From NCBI GenBank assembly GCA_051294375.1, contig CM119270.1, forward strand, positions 8,543,213-8,607,212: DNA of 64,000 nt, read 5' to 3'. The notes beneath the pieces were generated by a model, which ran no database searches, was not told the origin of the DNA, and saw only the letters and a list, made by a program, of their open reading frames with translations. This stretch comes from Paraspadella gotoi. Its lineage: Eukaryota; Animalia; Chaetognatha. The translations under genes were made by a program, and so were the position numbers. Within the stretch, counting starts at the first letter, position 1. Each line of letters begins with the position of its first letter. Positions 1 to 13,446 of this stretch are shown in pieces.

Positions 1-829
1 TCCTAACCAACAGACCAAATGAAACCAAATAAATAAAAACCCGTTGATGTTGTAGTTGCAATAGTTTTTGCTGACGCGGTTATAGTTCGTGCGGCGACGA
101 CGATGGCGACGTCAGTTAGGACGAAACCAATTCTGGAGGCAAGATTATTTTCTTTTTTTACGACTCCAGTTTATGGTTAATTCGATATGGTTTTTTTTTT
201 TCGACCCGACTCGGTTGAATACAGTAGATTCGGTTTATAATTTATTCAGTTACGTTTGTAACTTTAAATACTTTAAAACTAACTAATTGAGCATTGAAAT
301 AATGTTCTCACAATCTTCCAATTTCTAATTTTGATGACTTTTCTTTCGATATTTTCTCCTTTGCAATCAGTTGCGTCACAAAGAAAAGAATAGAAGAACT
401 CTGATTTAACTTCTGGCTTCTTTGGCTCATCAAAGGTTCTATTTTTTTTCCTAATCCATGAAATCAACCAGATCCATTTATCGGTCCATTTCTCGCGATG
501 GTAGCAACGGAGCCAAGGAATCTATGGTGTGGAGAGAAACGGGGACTATTCGCCAAATCGCTCGTCAAAAATTCAACTAGAAGAGAGATTTCCACCCCAG
601 CCCGGCCTCCAGTGTTTGGACTTTTTTGTCAAGATAGAGGTTCTCTCACCGACAGGGGTCTCTCCTCATCCTCATCTCCTCATTCCACTCACTTCTTCTC
701 CCAGCCGAGGGTTGAAATAGACCCTGCCTCCTCGCCAGTGCATACCTTCAGAGTTTGCCTTCGAAATAATTTCTTTTTCAACAATTTTATTTCTCATGCG
801 ATGCATTCGCGGTCACGCTACTCAAGTTG

Positions 830-852
830 TTTCTTTTTTGTTTGTTTCTTTC

Positions 853-943
<91 letters not shown>

Positions 944-2490
944 ACTCTCAATTACTCCCCCATTTACTTTTTTCTTCCTTCCAAAAGTTTTTTTTTTCTT
1001 TTTCACTTCCTTCCTTCCATCCGTCCTTTCTTTCTTCCTCTCTTCCTCCCTTCCTTTCTTCCTCTCTTCCTCCCTTTCCTTCCTTCTATCCGTCCTTCCT
1101 TCCTTCCCACCAGTCATTCTCTTCTTTCTGAATAAATTCCTTATTCATTCTTACATTCTTCTTCAAATGCAAATTTTTTTTTGCTTTGAGATACAAACCG
1201 AGAATTAATAATTAAACCCTCACAAAAGATTCGAAATTAATCAGAATTTCACGGCAGCATCTCTCTGACGTTGACGCATGAATTTGCGGCTTTTGACGCG
1301 ACTGGTTTTCCGCAACCCTTCGTTTTTATTTATTCTAGTTTTTTTTCTTGGTAAACATTTCTTGGCATCATTTTTAGGTCTATTTTTTTGGCTTCCGCCT
1401 CGCGCGCCCTCTCTCACGTGCGATACAAGCCACGGACTTTTTTCTTTTCTTTTCTTTTTTTTTTTTTTGAGAAAAATTCCTCCCTTTCATCCATTATTTT
1501 TTTTTCAATCTTTTCCTTTTTCCATTTCTTTTTCGTCCCGCGTCGGAATGACCTTCTATAGTCTCTGTGTATTCTCTTTTTCTGGAACCAAATATTTTTT
1601 ATCAGGCTTTTTTTTCCAGTGGTTTTCACTCCTATCCATCTCAGCATTTTCCGCCCTTATTTCCTACGCCTTTTCTTTTCTATTCGCCCCTTCTTTCCTA
1701 CGCCTTTTTTTCTCTTCGCTCCCTACCTTTCCTACGCCTTTCTTTACCCCTCTTTCGACGTCCTTATCTTGCCGCCTTTGTCCTACGCCTTGTCAGCCCT
1801 TCTTTCCTACGCCTTGTCTTTTAACCCTCGCCCCTTCTTTCTTTCCTACTCCATGTCTTTTATTCTTCGCCGCCTTCTTCTTCCCATGACTTGTATTTCT
1901 ATTCGCCCCTTCTTTCCTACGCGCTTGTCTTTTATCTTTGTTTCTTCTTTCCTTTCATTTCCTCCCTTTTCTTTCTTTCGTTTTCGCTTTTTTCCTCTTT
2001 GCTTTGCTTTTGCTTTGCTTTCATCTCTCCTCTCTACTCAACTCCACTCAACCCCCCCCCAGCCCCATCCTCTCCTCTCTCCCTTCCTCTCTCCCTTTTC
2101 CCTCTTTTTTTCTTCTTTCTCCATTTCCCCTCATCTTCCGTCGGTCCATTGCGGTCTCTTCTCCCTTCTTTTTCTCTCTCTCTCTGTACTCTCCTCTCCT
2201 CTCTTCTCTTCTCTTCTCTTCTCTTCTTCTCTTCTCTTCTCTACTCTTCTTTCTCTCTCTTCTCTTCTCTTCTCTTCCTCTTCTCTTCTCTCTCTTCTCT
2301 ACTCTCCTATCCTCTCCTCTCCTCTCCTCTTCTCATCTCCTTCCTCTCCTTTCTCTCTCTCCTCTCCTTCTCCTCTCCTCTCTTCTCTTGTCCTTCTCCC
2401 TCCCCTCCCCTCCTCTCTCTCCTCTCCTTTCCTCTCCTCTTTTCTCCTCCCTCTTCTCTTCTCTCTTCTCCTCTGCTTCTCCTTCCCTCC
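830..2490. repeat. Pyrimidine-rich low-complexity tracts: (TTTC)n, (CTTCT)n and a degenerate tttcctacgcc-containing minisatellite (~1640-1950)
   Basis: Seen directly; the ORFs here are only F/S/L-rich or R/E/K-rich translations of the repeats. Confidence 0.9.
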
Positions 2491-2923
2491 CTCCAACTAT
2501 TTCCCTTTGCCACGTCTCATGTCAACTCGACCTTTGATTTTCGATGTTTTGGTAGAAACTTGAGGCAAGTTTTCCTTCATTTTTTTTTCGCTAAGAGAAA
2601 AAAGTTTGAATGTTGTTCTTTTTCCTTTATGAAGAAGAGTAGAGGATAAAGTGCATTGGAAGATAGATATGAATATCAAGATATCAGCAGCACCAGAGTT
2701 TTTTAGATCCTTTTAAACTCCATTGCTGAAACAAAAACCAAGTAGAGACGAACCTTTTAGTTTTAACTGTTTTTACAAATGTAAATAACTTATAAATACC
2801 TTAAATACAAAGTTTCTAAAAAAATAGAAAAAAAATCAATAAAAAGTATTCTTCCCTCGTTTCCCTCGCAGACTGCTCAACACCAAGGCGCTGACGTCTC
2901 ACCTTGCAGCGACCACACCCGCA

Positions 2924-5900
2924 ATGTCTCGTCCACCAAAGCGAGGAGCAATTCCGACGTCGCCGCCGACGCAACCGACAGACTCGCCGAGAAATCCAAA
3001 CAATAAAAATCAAAGGCTTTCCGGTGAGTGTAGCATCGTTGAACATTAACTATATATTATTAGAAAATTAAAAATTAATTATCAGAATCTTCCTCATATT
3101 GTTTCTCTTTTCAGCTAAAGCGCCCTCTAATTTTTCTCTCTTTTTTTCTCTTCCTCTTTTCTTTTTTTCAATCTAGATTCAAAAAATGCGTGATTTAGAC
3201 GATAAGGATTTTTTTTTCAGAACACTTTTCGATTTCTAACCTTACTTTTTGCAGACCAGATATCATATGCAATTATTAGATTTAAAAGAAAAGAAAATAA
3301 ATTATATCATTCAAAGTATCTTTCATGTTCATGTAAACAAATTCTGCATTAGATTTTCCAATTTCTCAAAAGATTTCTCAGCTCATGCAGACATTGGTCT
3401 TGAATAAGACAAAGTCGAAAGCCTCGCGACATCGAGGAGCAAGAATTCAATAAAGGAATTATTGAAAAAAAAAAAGAAAAAAAGAAAGAAAAAATGAAGG
3501 GCAACGAACTCTTCTTTCTGTTTTGTGTATGGAAAGAATTTGGAAGATACAGAAAGGCAGAAATATTGGAGTTGCTGAAGCGATAAATAGATAGTTAGAT
3601 AATAAAGGGAGAAAACTGATACAGAAAGACTGAAAAAGAAGAAAAAAAAGAAAGGAGAAAATTTAAAAAAAGAACCCACGCAATATTCGCGGAGCGATAA
3701 ACTGGATTGTTTGCCGAAGATTCTGTCACTTTTTTTTCGTTTTTTCTTCCAAACAAATTCTCCGATATTTCAAAATACTAAATGTAGTAAAATAAAATCA
3801 ATGTTTTTTATAAATTCGTTAAATTTAGATATTTTTTATGCTTTAGGGTCACGATGACATCTCGAACAAAAACCTCTTATGTTTTTAAAAGATCGTTTAT
3901 CTTATCGAAAAGATCTTATAGCGTCCAAATTCGTTTTTTCATGTTTTTTTTTTTTTTTTTTGGTCCTGCATCAAAGAATCCGTCAAAGAACAAATTTTTC
4001 AAATCTGGAAAAAATAACTACTGGAGATTAAACTTCAACAAATTTATTGTTTTATTTGAATATATTTTCAGGTTGATATTTTTAAATATGTTTAAATATG
4101 TTTAAATATGTTGTATGACAAAAAATTTAATGGTTAGATTAAAATTATCATTTTTTTAAAGATATAGAAGTATTGCCAGTTTGGTGACCGTACTTGTTTT
4201 GCGCATACTTGCAAACCGACAAGACTTTATATTAAAAGTTTTTGCGCTTTTACAGTTTAATCAGGGGCGATATGGAGGAAGAAATCAGTACAAGAATCAT
4301 CAATAGTTAAAAGTAAGATAATGGGCAACTATCTTCTGAAAGTGCCCCAATTCGTCCTGAATTTAATTTTTCTCCGCGCCCTGTGTATAAGGAGTAATAA
4401 AAAGTTCGATAAATGGCAACGGGTTTAGAAAAAAAGAGAAAATGAATACATTTTCGGAATTGTCAAAAGATCTACTTTCTAAATATCTGCTTTGTTTCAG
4501 TGTTATTTCGGAGTTTAAATTTAGTGATCGCTTGCTTAAGCGAAATATCCTTTATTTATTAGCCGATTTTAAAAAACGTACGAGGTTTCGTTCGAGATGC
4601 CAAACACAATGCTGTTTCCACGATACAGATTTTTATCACATTTTTTAAAATTTTACATCCTTATTATTATATAGTAGCAACCTAACAATATATAAATATA
4701 ATTAATAAAAAATCAGGGTGGCCTTCGACCATATCGTCCTCAAGCCGGCGTCGTCCCCCTCGCCACCCAAATCTAAGGCGGCTGTCTCCGCTTTGGGGCG
4801 GCGGCGATCCCGAGACGCTCGACAACGCGCTGCCGCCGCAGTGACGCCGCTATGCGCGCTCTGAATTAGAGCGGCGTCCCGGCGCCGGGAATCGGCAGAT
4901 CCAGCACCGATTCTGCCTGAAATTCATCCGACTGCAAGTTGAAGGGCGGCGGAACGAGAGGAGAATGGTGAGGAAGAGGGGAGGAGAGTGGGACGAGGGG
5001 GGAGGGGGAGGTTTGTGGAGAAATGAATGGGGAAGATGGGGTGAGAAAGAAAAATGAATTAAAATTTAAAAACATGGGAATTGTATTAACGTTTTTTACG
5101 TTCCACCATTTTTATGACTAATATGCTAATTACTCTTGAACAATGAACATTCTTGAAAAGGAGTACACAATAAAATGATTTTAAAATCTCGCTTAAATCC
5201 TGGTTCTACGTACTTAAATCATGAATTGGGTTATTAAAAAATTACTAATCTTATTAATTTCTGCCCGACGGCGAAAGGGCGTAATTTTTCATGAATTCAT
5301 TATAATGGCGCAAAAGCAACACAAATGAGAACATGTTGAAATTATAACAATATCCTTATATTTTAAAACAAGACTGGAACTTGACCGACTGAACCTCCTT
5401 GGGCCGAGGCGAGCGAGGAGCGCCGGCCCCAGTGACGTGCCGTGGCTTCGCATGGTAAGAGGAGGCACGCCTCTTGGTCGCGCGCCGCCGCTGGAGCGCC
5501 CAACTCCGCCAAAAAATGGAAAGGATGATGGAAGGAAATCGGATGGAGCAATTGGCTTCGTTGCAGGAGCGACTGCCCGGACTCTCAACACTCGTGACCG
5601 TGAGCACGTGAGGTTGTGGAGTGGAGTCGTTTTGGTGTATTAATGGTTGCCATTTGCTTAATGTTAATTGAAAAAACTATAGGCCATTATTGGTTTATGA
5701 GGCTCATTTTTAAAAACTTTTACAAATTCTTGACCAAAGTTATTCTAACAAAGTATTAAATATACATAGTATCTAAACTTTGCATCGATATTATTTGATC
5801 CTTACATCTCCTTTCCCCCCATCCTCGGCTTCTCAGGAGCAGCACATAGAAACGTGCGGAAAGGCGTCAGAGTTTACGCGGCAGATGGTTGAGACGCGAG

Positions 5901-6287
5901 TCGCGAGAAGATGGACAGGAGGCAGGAACAAAGAGGAAGGAGCAAAGAAGGGAGACAGTTTGAAAAACTAGCAGAACACGTGAGTAGAGAAGGAATTATC
6001 GAATTCTTGTAAACATACACGTATCAATATTTTTTAAATTTGAAAATAATTATTTTAATGAATAAGTATTGCTTTTTTTTTTTTCTTAAAAGGAACGTCC
6101 ATTGTGAAGACCAGTTGAGAAGAAACAAAGGAAAATTTGGGAAAAGAAGAGTCTCGACAATTGAGTCCACTCGATGTTCCTATGAAATCAGTCACACGTA
6201 ATACCAAAAAACAAGTTTAACATCATTAACGACACGACATGATTGAAAATTCTTTACCTTTTGTTTTTAAGGAAGTTTCTGGCTTGA
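2924..6287 (+). pseudogene. Frameshifted duplicate of the stathmin-family gene (most likely an unpolished assembly copy)
   Basis: Collinear with 13447-16720 including introns, but with scattered 1-2 nt indels that break the exon frames. Confidence 0.75.
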
Positions 6288-9275
6288 GGATTAAAATAAG
6301 GAATTTCGACCAAATAATGAAATTGGCTGTATTATACATATTGTCCTTCAAATCCGAATTGACATCGCGTTTCCCGCCGAAACTTCCTATTTTTACAAAA
6401 AGAGTTTTCAAAATTTTGAGGTTGAGACATTTATACATTTAATTAACGAGCTTGATATTAATTAATTTCGTCACTAAAGATTTTATGATTAAATTTATGG
6501 TTAAACTTAGTCTTGATGGTCCACAAAGTCCGAAAAAATCTGAACAATTAGCAACATACGATACGAAATATGTTCCAAATCTGCTCGAAACGAGGTCTCT
6601 TTCGGGATTATTACAGTAGAAAAAAATTCGACCGTAGTCCATTTTAATCTGACCTTTAAAATTATATTTTTCTTACACATATTTTGTTCATTTTTCTAGC
6701 GAATACCAAGAATATTTATCATCAGAGTCAGAGAGGGACTGTGACCTAAATTTTTGCAGTACTGCTTTGACATACTCTTAATATATCTGGCTCTGCTTTT
6801 GCGCTATTAGGGGCACCAAGTCCATTAGCTTCCTTTCGCTGTTGAAATGTTTTTATTCTTTTCAAATTTCAATACTCCCTTCTATCCCTCAATTCTTTTC
6901 TCCCCAAAGTTCCCTTTGTGATGCTTTTTATTTGATTTCGTCGAACCGGCTTGCTTAAATCTAGTCAAAGAAGACCGCTTAATTGTTTCAATTTTATTGT
7001 AAACACAGTCAAAATATAATATCGGGCGGATTTTCCCAAAATAGCCATGCCTTTATTCTCATATCACTGTACCTTTACACTTTCAAATTTTTTTTGCGTG
7101 CTGCTTTTTCATTATGTCACCCGGAGTATAGAAAAAAATAGTACGATATTCAACAATTTACCGTCCTAATTTCAAAACGCTTTTTTGACTTAAAAATTTT
7201 AATTAAAAAATAAATTTTCCTGGTTTAAAAAAAAAATTGATAATTGATTCATTACTTTTTTCGTTCTTTTCGCCCTCTGGATAAAATAATTTTCCGTAAT
7301 TTTGAACGTATCAAAAACCAACTTGAAAAGAAATATCAACAATTTTGACATTATTCTGGACTTAAAAAGATATTATTTGAACCTTTCAAAAAAAAAACAG
7401 CTTAAATAAGAAGTTGAATAGAACAAAAAGTAAAATCTCTTGTGAGGCTTCTCAATTGGTAATCTATTTGGCCATTTTTTAGCCCCTTTGTTAAATGAAC
7501 TTTGACAAATAACATTGCCTTCAGAATGGCATGATTTTTGACGTAGTAATTTCAAAGGAGTTAAATTTCGGCAATTCCTCCTTTAATATATTACAATTTA
7601 CGTGATTTATATGAAGAGCATTGAGTAACAGTATTTTTTAACCTTACTGAAAATATATAAGTGACATTAATTGTATGACACTATGGCAACGTTGCTTATT
7701 AATTTTCTTTTAAAATTCAATGCCAAATCTATCATCTGTAAAACCCCGAGAAAAAATGTTATTAGTAATAAATGTTTTATCTCTGAATGCCATAAATGTT
7801 AGATTACTGAATTCTAACTGAATGTGCTCAAATTCATTGCTGTTTTAATGAATTAACCAGTTTGCTCTCCTTAAATTAATAGCTACTGTAATTTAATTTT
7901 TCAGCAAAATATGAAATGGGATGGTCATTACTGTTAAGCAGAAAAGACCTTCCCCAAAACAAGCGATCATATTTTTTACAGGGTTCTTAAATTTAAAATA
8001 CAAAAAATAAGGTTTCTAGAATTTAAAAAAAATCCCCGTTTTTAATTGTTTGCAAATTTATTTTTATTACGAAACGCAGGTTGTTTTTTAATTCGTAGAT
8101 GACTTGTATTCGTTTTCTTAATCTTTAATTTAATTTGAAAAATTTGTATCAATAATTTCTTAACCAAATTCTTCATAGGTTATGAGATGCGACTCTATTT
8201 TCAATCCCTGCAGTATTGTATTTGCATTAGTATAAGCTGTGAAAATTGTATCATGTGATTTTCTTTTCTCAAATAAAAAATGCTTTTTTTTGTCTTTATA
8301 TTTTTGACGCCTTAATTAAAAATAAAGAAAAACATTTTATTCTAGTAACTTGACAGTTGGACATTACGTATTCTGTAATAATCATTTTTTCGCAAAATGA
8401 GAGGAAAAGGCAGGAAAGAAAGTGTCGAATTTTAAAATTCAAAATTGTCTATCGAATAAATACGCAATTGCGCATGCAAAAGTTTTCAAAAATAAACTCG
8501 ATTTATGGCGACCATAATTTACAATAACTGAGAAGGATAGTTATCGCAATTGTAAACGCCCATGTGTGCGTGGTAAGCATTCGAGGCTGCGTCCCGTCAG
8601 TAGTTGCCACCACGCACAGCGCTTTTCTTTAATACTGTGTCAGTTTGCCAACAAGTCAGGGAGGGTTTCCACAAGGACGTCGGTTTTAAACCCACAACGT
8701 TTTTCGAGTCGGAATGTTGCGTCAGCCCCGTAAACCAATACGCCATAAACGAGACAGAGACGGTCGGTTTTATACTCTACAATCCTAATTTTTCGCTGTA
8801 TCCCATGTTTTTAACAAGTAGTTAGCGTACCAGTAGTCAGTAGGTTTTAAAAAAACGTATGTCGAATGGTTTGGACTCTTATAAGTTTAAAATCTAGTAC
8901 GTCTTACACCCCATTTATGCATCGCCCCGTAATGGAAACGAGTTATATCATGACCGCCGGAATAATAAAAACACATCGATTTTCAGGTTCAAGCATTTAT
9001 TTGATTTGCATACAGATGAGTTATCTGCAATTCTGCATATCATCAATTCGTATTTTTTAAATATTGATTATACGCATCTTTTGTAAACCTAAAATCGTCT
9101 TACAGAATTTACTAAAAAAAAGGTGGATTTTTAAAGTAGTAAAATGTGTTATTCTTACTTACTATATAATAACCTTTTTTGTCTCTTACCTTAACCTTAA
9201 CCTTAACCTTAATTATTACTACTTTGTAAAGTTTCTTTACAAACCCGAGTTTATCCGTTTCTCTCTCTCTCCTTC

Positions 9276-9436
9276 TCACTCCTCCTCTTCTCCCTCGCCT
9301 CCACCGAGTCCATCCCAACTTCCATCGTAGTCTTTCTCCAACGCAGCCAAATCTTCTCTCGCCTCCGAGAACTCGCCTCTCCATCTGACCGTACCTGTGA
9401 AGTGAGGGAAAGAAGTCGAGCTCTCTCTCTCTCTCT

Positions 9437-9486
<50 letters not shown>

Positions 9487-12321
9487 TCTCTCTCTCTCTC
9501 TCTCTCTTCTTACCAGTGGACGAAGGCCTCTTCGCGTTTACATAAGATCGAACGTGATTTAAGCCTTGCCCAAGCTTCTGGCGATGGCGGTGGTTGTTGT
9601 TCAACATGCAGACGGCGCTTGGACTTTGGCCCAGTCGCCGCCGGGCACTACCGTCGGAGGCTGGTAGTTGATGCCGACCTATAAACAAACTATCGAATTA
9701 GTTATTAGACTAAAAGAAGGATTAATACAATCTTAAAAATCAAAAAATCAATAATAATCAATATTCAATACAAATCAATATTCAATACAACTTAAGATAT
9801 AACTTACCTATAATGTAAAACTCGAAAACAAAACTTTAAAAAAAAAAATAAGATTTAAACGACCCGAAAGCTCACCTTAACCCAGTGGGACACCAATCGA
9901 CGAATTGGATTCGTCCGCTTGGTCTTGATGGTGGCGATGGAGGAATTGTACGTCTTTTGGAACGACGTCGCCGCGGTACAACAGACCAAACACGCCTGTA
10001 TTTGCCGTGACGGGTCGCACTCACCATCATGCCAAAAGAAAATGAAAATTTTGGGAAAAGTTGTAAGGAGATGCTATTTTTACTTCCGGGGCAAGCAATT
10101 CAACAACTCGTCTTTAGCTCGAACCTGATTTGGCCGCGCTCGAAACAAGCGTTTTATTTCCGCCACGGATTGAGTTGCTCGTGGTAAGCTTTCTCGCAGA
10201 AATGACCGGGAGCGTAAGTAGCGAGAAGGAAAGTTGGCATTCGAGGGTAGCACCTGAAAAAAAATAAATTAGTTAAGTGCCTCCCTCTTTCATATGATAT
10301 GATAACGTTTAAAATCTATGGAGAATATAGAAGAGGAGAGAAGAGAAAGCAAGCGAAAGAAGAAGAGAAGAGGAAGTTGATAGGAAGGGAAAAGAAAGAA
10401 CCGAAGGAAAAACGAAGGAGAAACAAAGAAAAAGAAAAAAAAAGAAAGATAGCATTAGAAGAATAGAAGTGAAAAGGAAGGGGAAAAGAAGAGAAGAGAA
10501 GACAATAGAAGAGAATAAAAGAGATAAAAGGAACGAAAGGAAAAAAAGAAAAGAAAAAAAAGAGAAGAGGAAGAAAACAGAAGAGAATAGAATTAGGAAG
10601 ACAATAAAAGTGAAAGGAAGGAAAAGAAGACAAGAAGAAGAAAAAGGATGAAAAAAAAAACAAAGAGAAGAGAAGAGAATAAAAAGAGAGTGAATATAGA
10701 GGCTGTTCGCACCAAGTTTGTCTGGAATTCTGCGAAGTCGACGTTCAACGGCGCCGTTCGAATCTGAGCGACGGCCGTTGATCGAAGAGACAACTGAGCC
10801 AAGAGGCGATTGAGTTCGTGTAGGTTCGGTTCTCGCTTCGATGTCAAGACTCCGCCTTTAAAATCAATCGATCGATCAAATCATAAAACAATTACATTCA
10901 CTAAATAGATAACAAGCGTATATTCACGGATTTCCTCAAACTAACTTCACGGAAAATTAAAAGTTAAGTTGAATGATACTGGGTCTCACATGCTTAGTGA
11001 AGTTTTTTAACACATTCCTAACCAGTAAGAAATTACTATTATATTATTGGCGTTTTTTATGTTAACCTGCAAACGTCGTAAAGAGCTTTCGTTGTCGACC
11101 ATAAAGGCGCAGTCCGAGTGCGTCTAGCTCGTGTGAGTCACAAGCAAACGAGTTGTAAGGCCTCAACGGACGGGCCGTCGAGATCTAAGCCAAAGTCAGA
11201 GATCGGATGACATGATACGACTGACATGACGAGACATGGGGCGTGAAACCTGGGGCAAGGCGGTAGACGGAGAATTCGAGTTTTTGACTTTTTTCCGTAG
11301 TCGACGGAGAGACGCTCCATGAGGAGAGAAGTGAAAGCCGCTGCCCGTTCCACCGCCGAAGGAGTGAAACACGAGAAGCTGAAACGATGGCGTGAGAGGG
11401 TGAAAATGATAATCCAAACCAAAGTCAGTGCTATATAAACAATTATTTAATAATAATTCATACGAGTTTATAATATAATAATTAAAACTTTAATTATTAC
11501 AATAACTATGGAATCGATTAAATAATATAATAAATAATACTAAAACATTTCAATAACAAAAACTAATAAATAACCTTGGAGGCCAAGTGGCGTTGATCAG
11601 GCCAGTTTCCCGGCATGCGATCCAGGACCAGGTTCAATAATCTCTTTCCGATCGTATAGTGACCCCTGACATATCGAAACAAAAGGGAAAAAAATTTTCT
11701 TTATCTCTGTAATTTTCCCGTTTTTTTTCTTTTTAGCTTTTCACCTTTTTTGTTGTTCCCCGTTTTATTATTTTTTTTCCCTTTCTTTCTTAAGTTTTTT
11801 TCTTTCATTTCAGTCTGCTATATTTGCATATCACTTGATTGTGTTATTACCCAAACCAAGCGACTGTACACTTCTTTTCACCTTTTTCAACACTAAATTA
11901 TTTCCTTCCGCCCTCCTTTCTCCCGCCACCTGGCGTAATTATTAGGCAGCGTCCTCCTTTCCAGTTATGAGCTTGCTACCGGTTGTGAAAGAGTTGACGT
12001 AAGTTCCCGTCCTCCACTTCGTCCACGACCGTCGTTCCAGGTCCTTCATGACCGCTCGTGGGAACGTGCTTGCCCGCACCTGTGTAAAAGAAAGAACCCA
12101 AGGAAGGTGTCATTCTTCATCGATTCGCTTTTCTTTTCATTCTTCATTAACTTATTGATTCTTCCATACCACACCTCAAGGACATTCGTTTCATTTCATT
12201 AATCCATTCATTAATTCGTTTCATTTATTCATTCAGTCATTCGTTGACTTCCAACCAGTTTTTCGCTGAAAAAGGTAGTTGAAGAATCGTCACCTCCGCC
12301 GATCGTTTTTGTCCGACGCAT
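9276..12321 (-). pseudogene. TUBA: Frameshifted partial duplicate of the alpha-tubulin (exons 3-12), cut off near the N-gap at ~12342
   Basis: Same exons and introns as 19595-22590 but with dense small indels; exons 1-2 are absent. Confidence 0.8.
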
Positions 12322-13446
12322 CATTCTTCTCTCTTTTTTTTNNNNNNNNNNNNNNNNNNNNNNNNNTTTCTATTCGCCCCTTCTTTCCTACGCCTTGTCT
12401 TTTATCTTTGTTTCTTCTTTCCTTTCATTTCCTCCCTTTTCTTTCTTTCGTTTTCGCTTTTTTCCTCTTNNNNNNNNNNNNNNNNNNNNNNNNNGAGGGG
12501 AGGGAGAGGAGAGGAGAAGAGAAGAGAGGAGAGGAGAAGAGAGGAGAGGAGAGGAAAGGAGAGGAAAGGAGATGAGAAGAGGAGAGGAGAGGAGAGGATA
12601 GGAGAGTAGAGAAGAGAAGAGAGAGAAGAGAAGAGAAGAGAAGAGAAGAGAAGAGTAGAGAAGAGAAGAAGAGAGAGAAGAGAAGAGAAGAGAGGAGAGG
12701 GAGTACAGAGAGAGAGAAAAAAAGAAGGGAGAAGAGACGCAATGGACCGGAAAGATGAGGGGAGAAATGGAGAAGAGAGAAAAGAAGGGAAAAGGAGAGA
12801 GGAAGGGAGAGAGGAGAGGATGGGGCTGGGGGGGGGTTGAGTGGAGTTGAGTAGAGAGGAGAGATGAAAGCAAAGCAAAGCAAAGCAAAGAGGAAAAAAG
12901 CGAAAACGAAAAAGAAAGAAAGGGAGGAAATGAAACTCTCTTCTCCTCTCCTTTCCTCTCCTCTTTTCTCCTCCCCTCTTCTCTTCTCTCTTCTCCTCTC
13001 TTCTCCTTCCCTCCCTCCAACTATTTCCCTTTGCCACGTCTCATGTCAACTCGACCTTTGAGTTTCGATGTTTTGGTAGAAACTTGAGGCAGAGTTTTCC
13101 TTCATTTTTTTTTCGCTAAGAGAAAAAAGTTGAATGTTGTTCTTTTTCCTTTATGAAGAAGAGTAAGAGGATAAAGTGCATTGGAAGATAAGATATGAAT
13201 ATCAAAGATATCAGAGCAGAAGTTTTTTAGATCCTTTTAAACTCCATTGCTGAAACAAAAAACCAGTAGAGACGAACCTTTTAGTTTTACTGTTTTACAA
13301 ATGTAAATAACTTATAAATACCTTAAATACAAAGTTTCTAAAAAAATAGAAAAAAAAATCAATAAAAAGTATTCTTCCCTCGTTCCCCGCAGACTGCGTC
13401 AACACCAAGGCGCTGACGTCTCAGCCTTGCAGCGACCACACCCGCA

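Larger units (their letters stand above)
2430..12322 (+). repeat. ~10-kb direct duplicate of ~12940-22592 (probable assembly/gap-fill artefact)
   Basis: Fully collinear, differences are mostly homopolymer/indel type, and the junction has two N-gaps plus an inverted copy of the 1.9-2.4 kb low-complexity tract. Confidence 0.85.

Noticed and set aside
279-750. Possible minus-strand coding exon (…YHREKWTDKWIWLISW…)
   Set aside because: Composition looks coding-like, but the frames are interrupted and I recognise no family, so it cannot be supported.
498-2649. Long F/S/L-rich ORFs (up to 314 aa), and similar ones at 12279-13061
   Set aside because: Translations of pyrimidine/purine simple repeats that lack stop codons; no protein signal.
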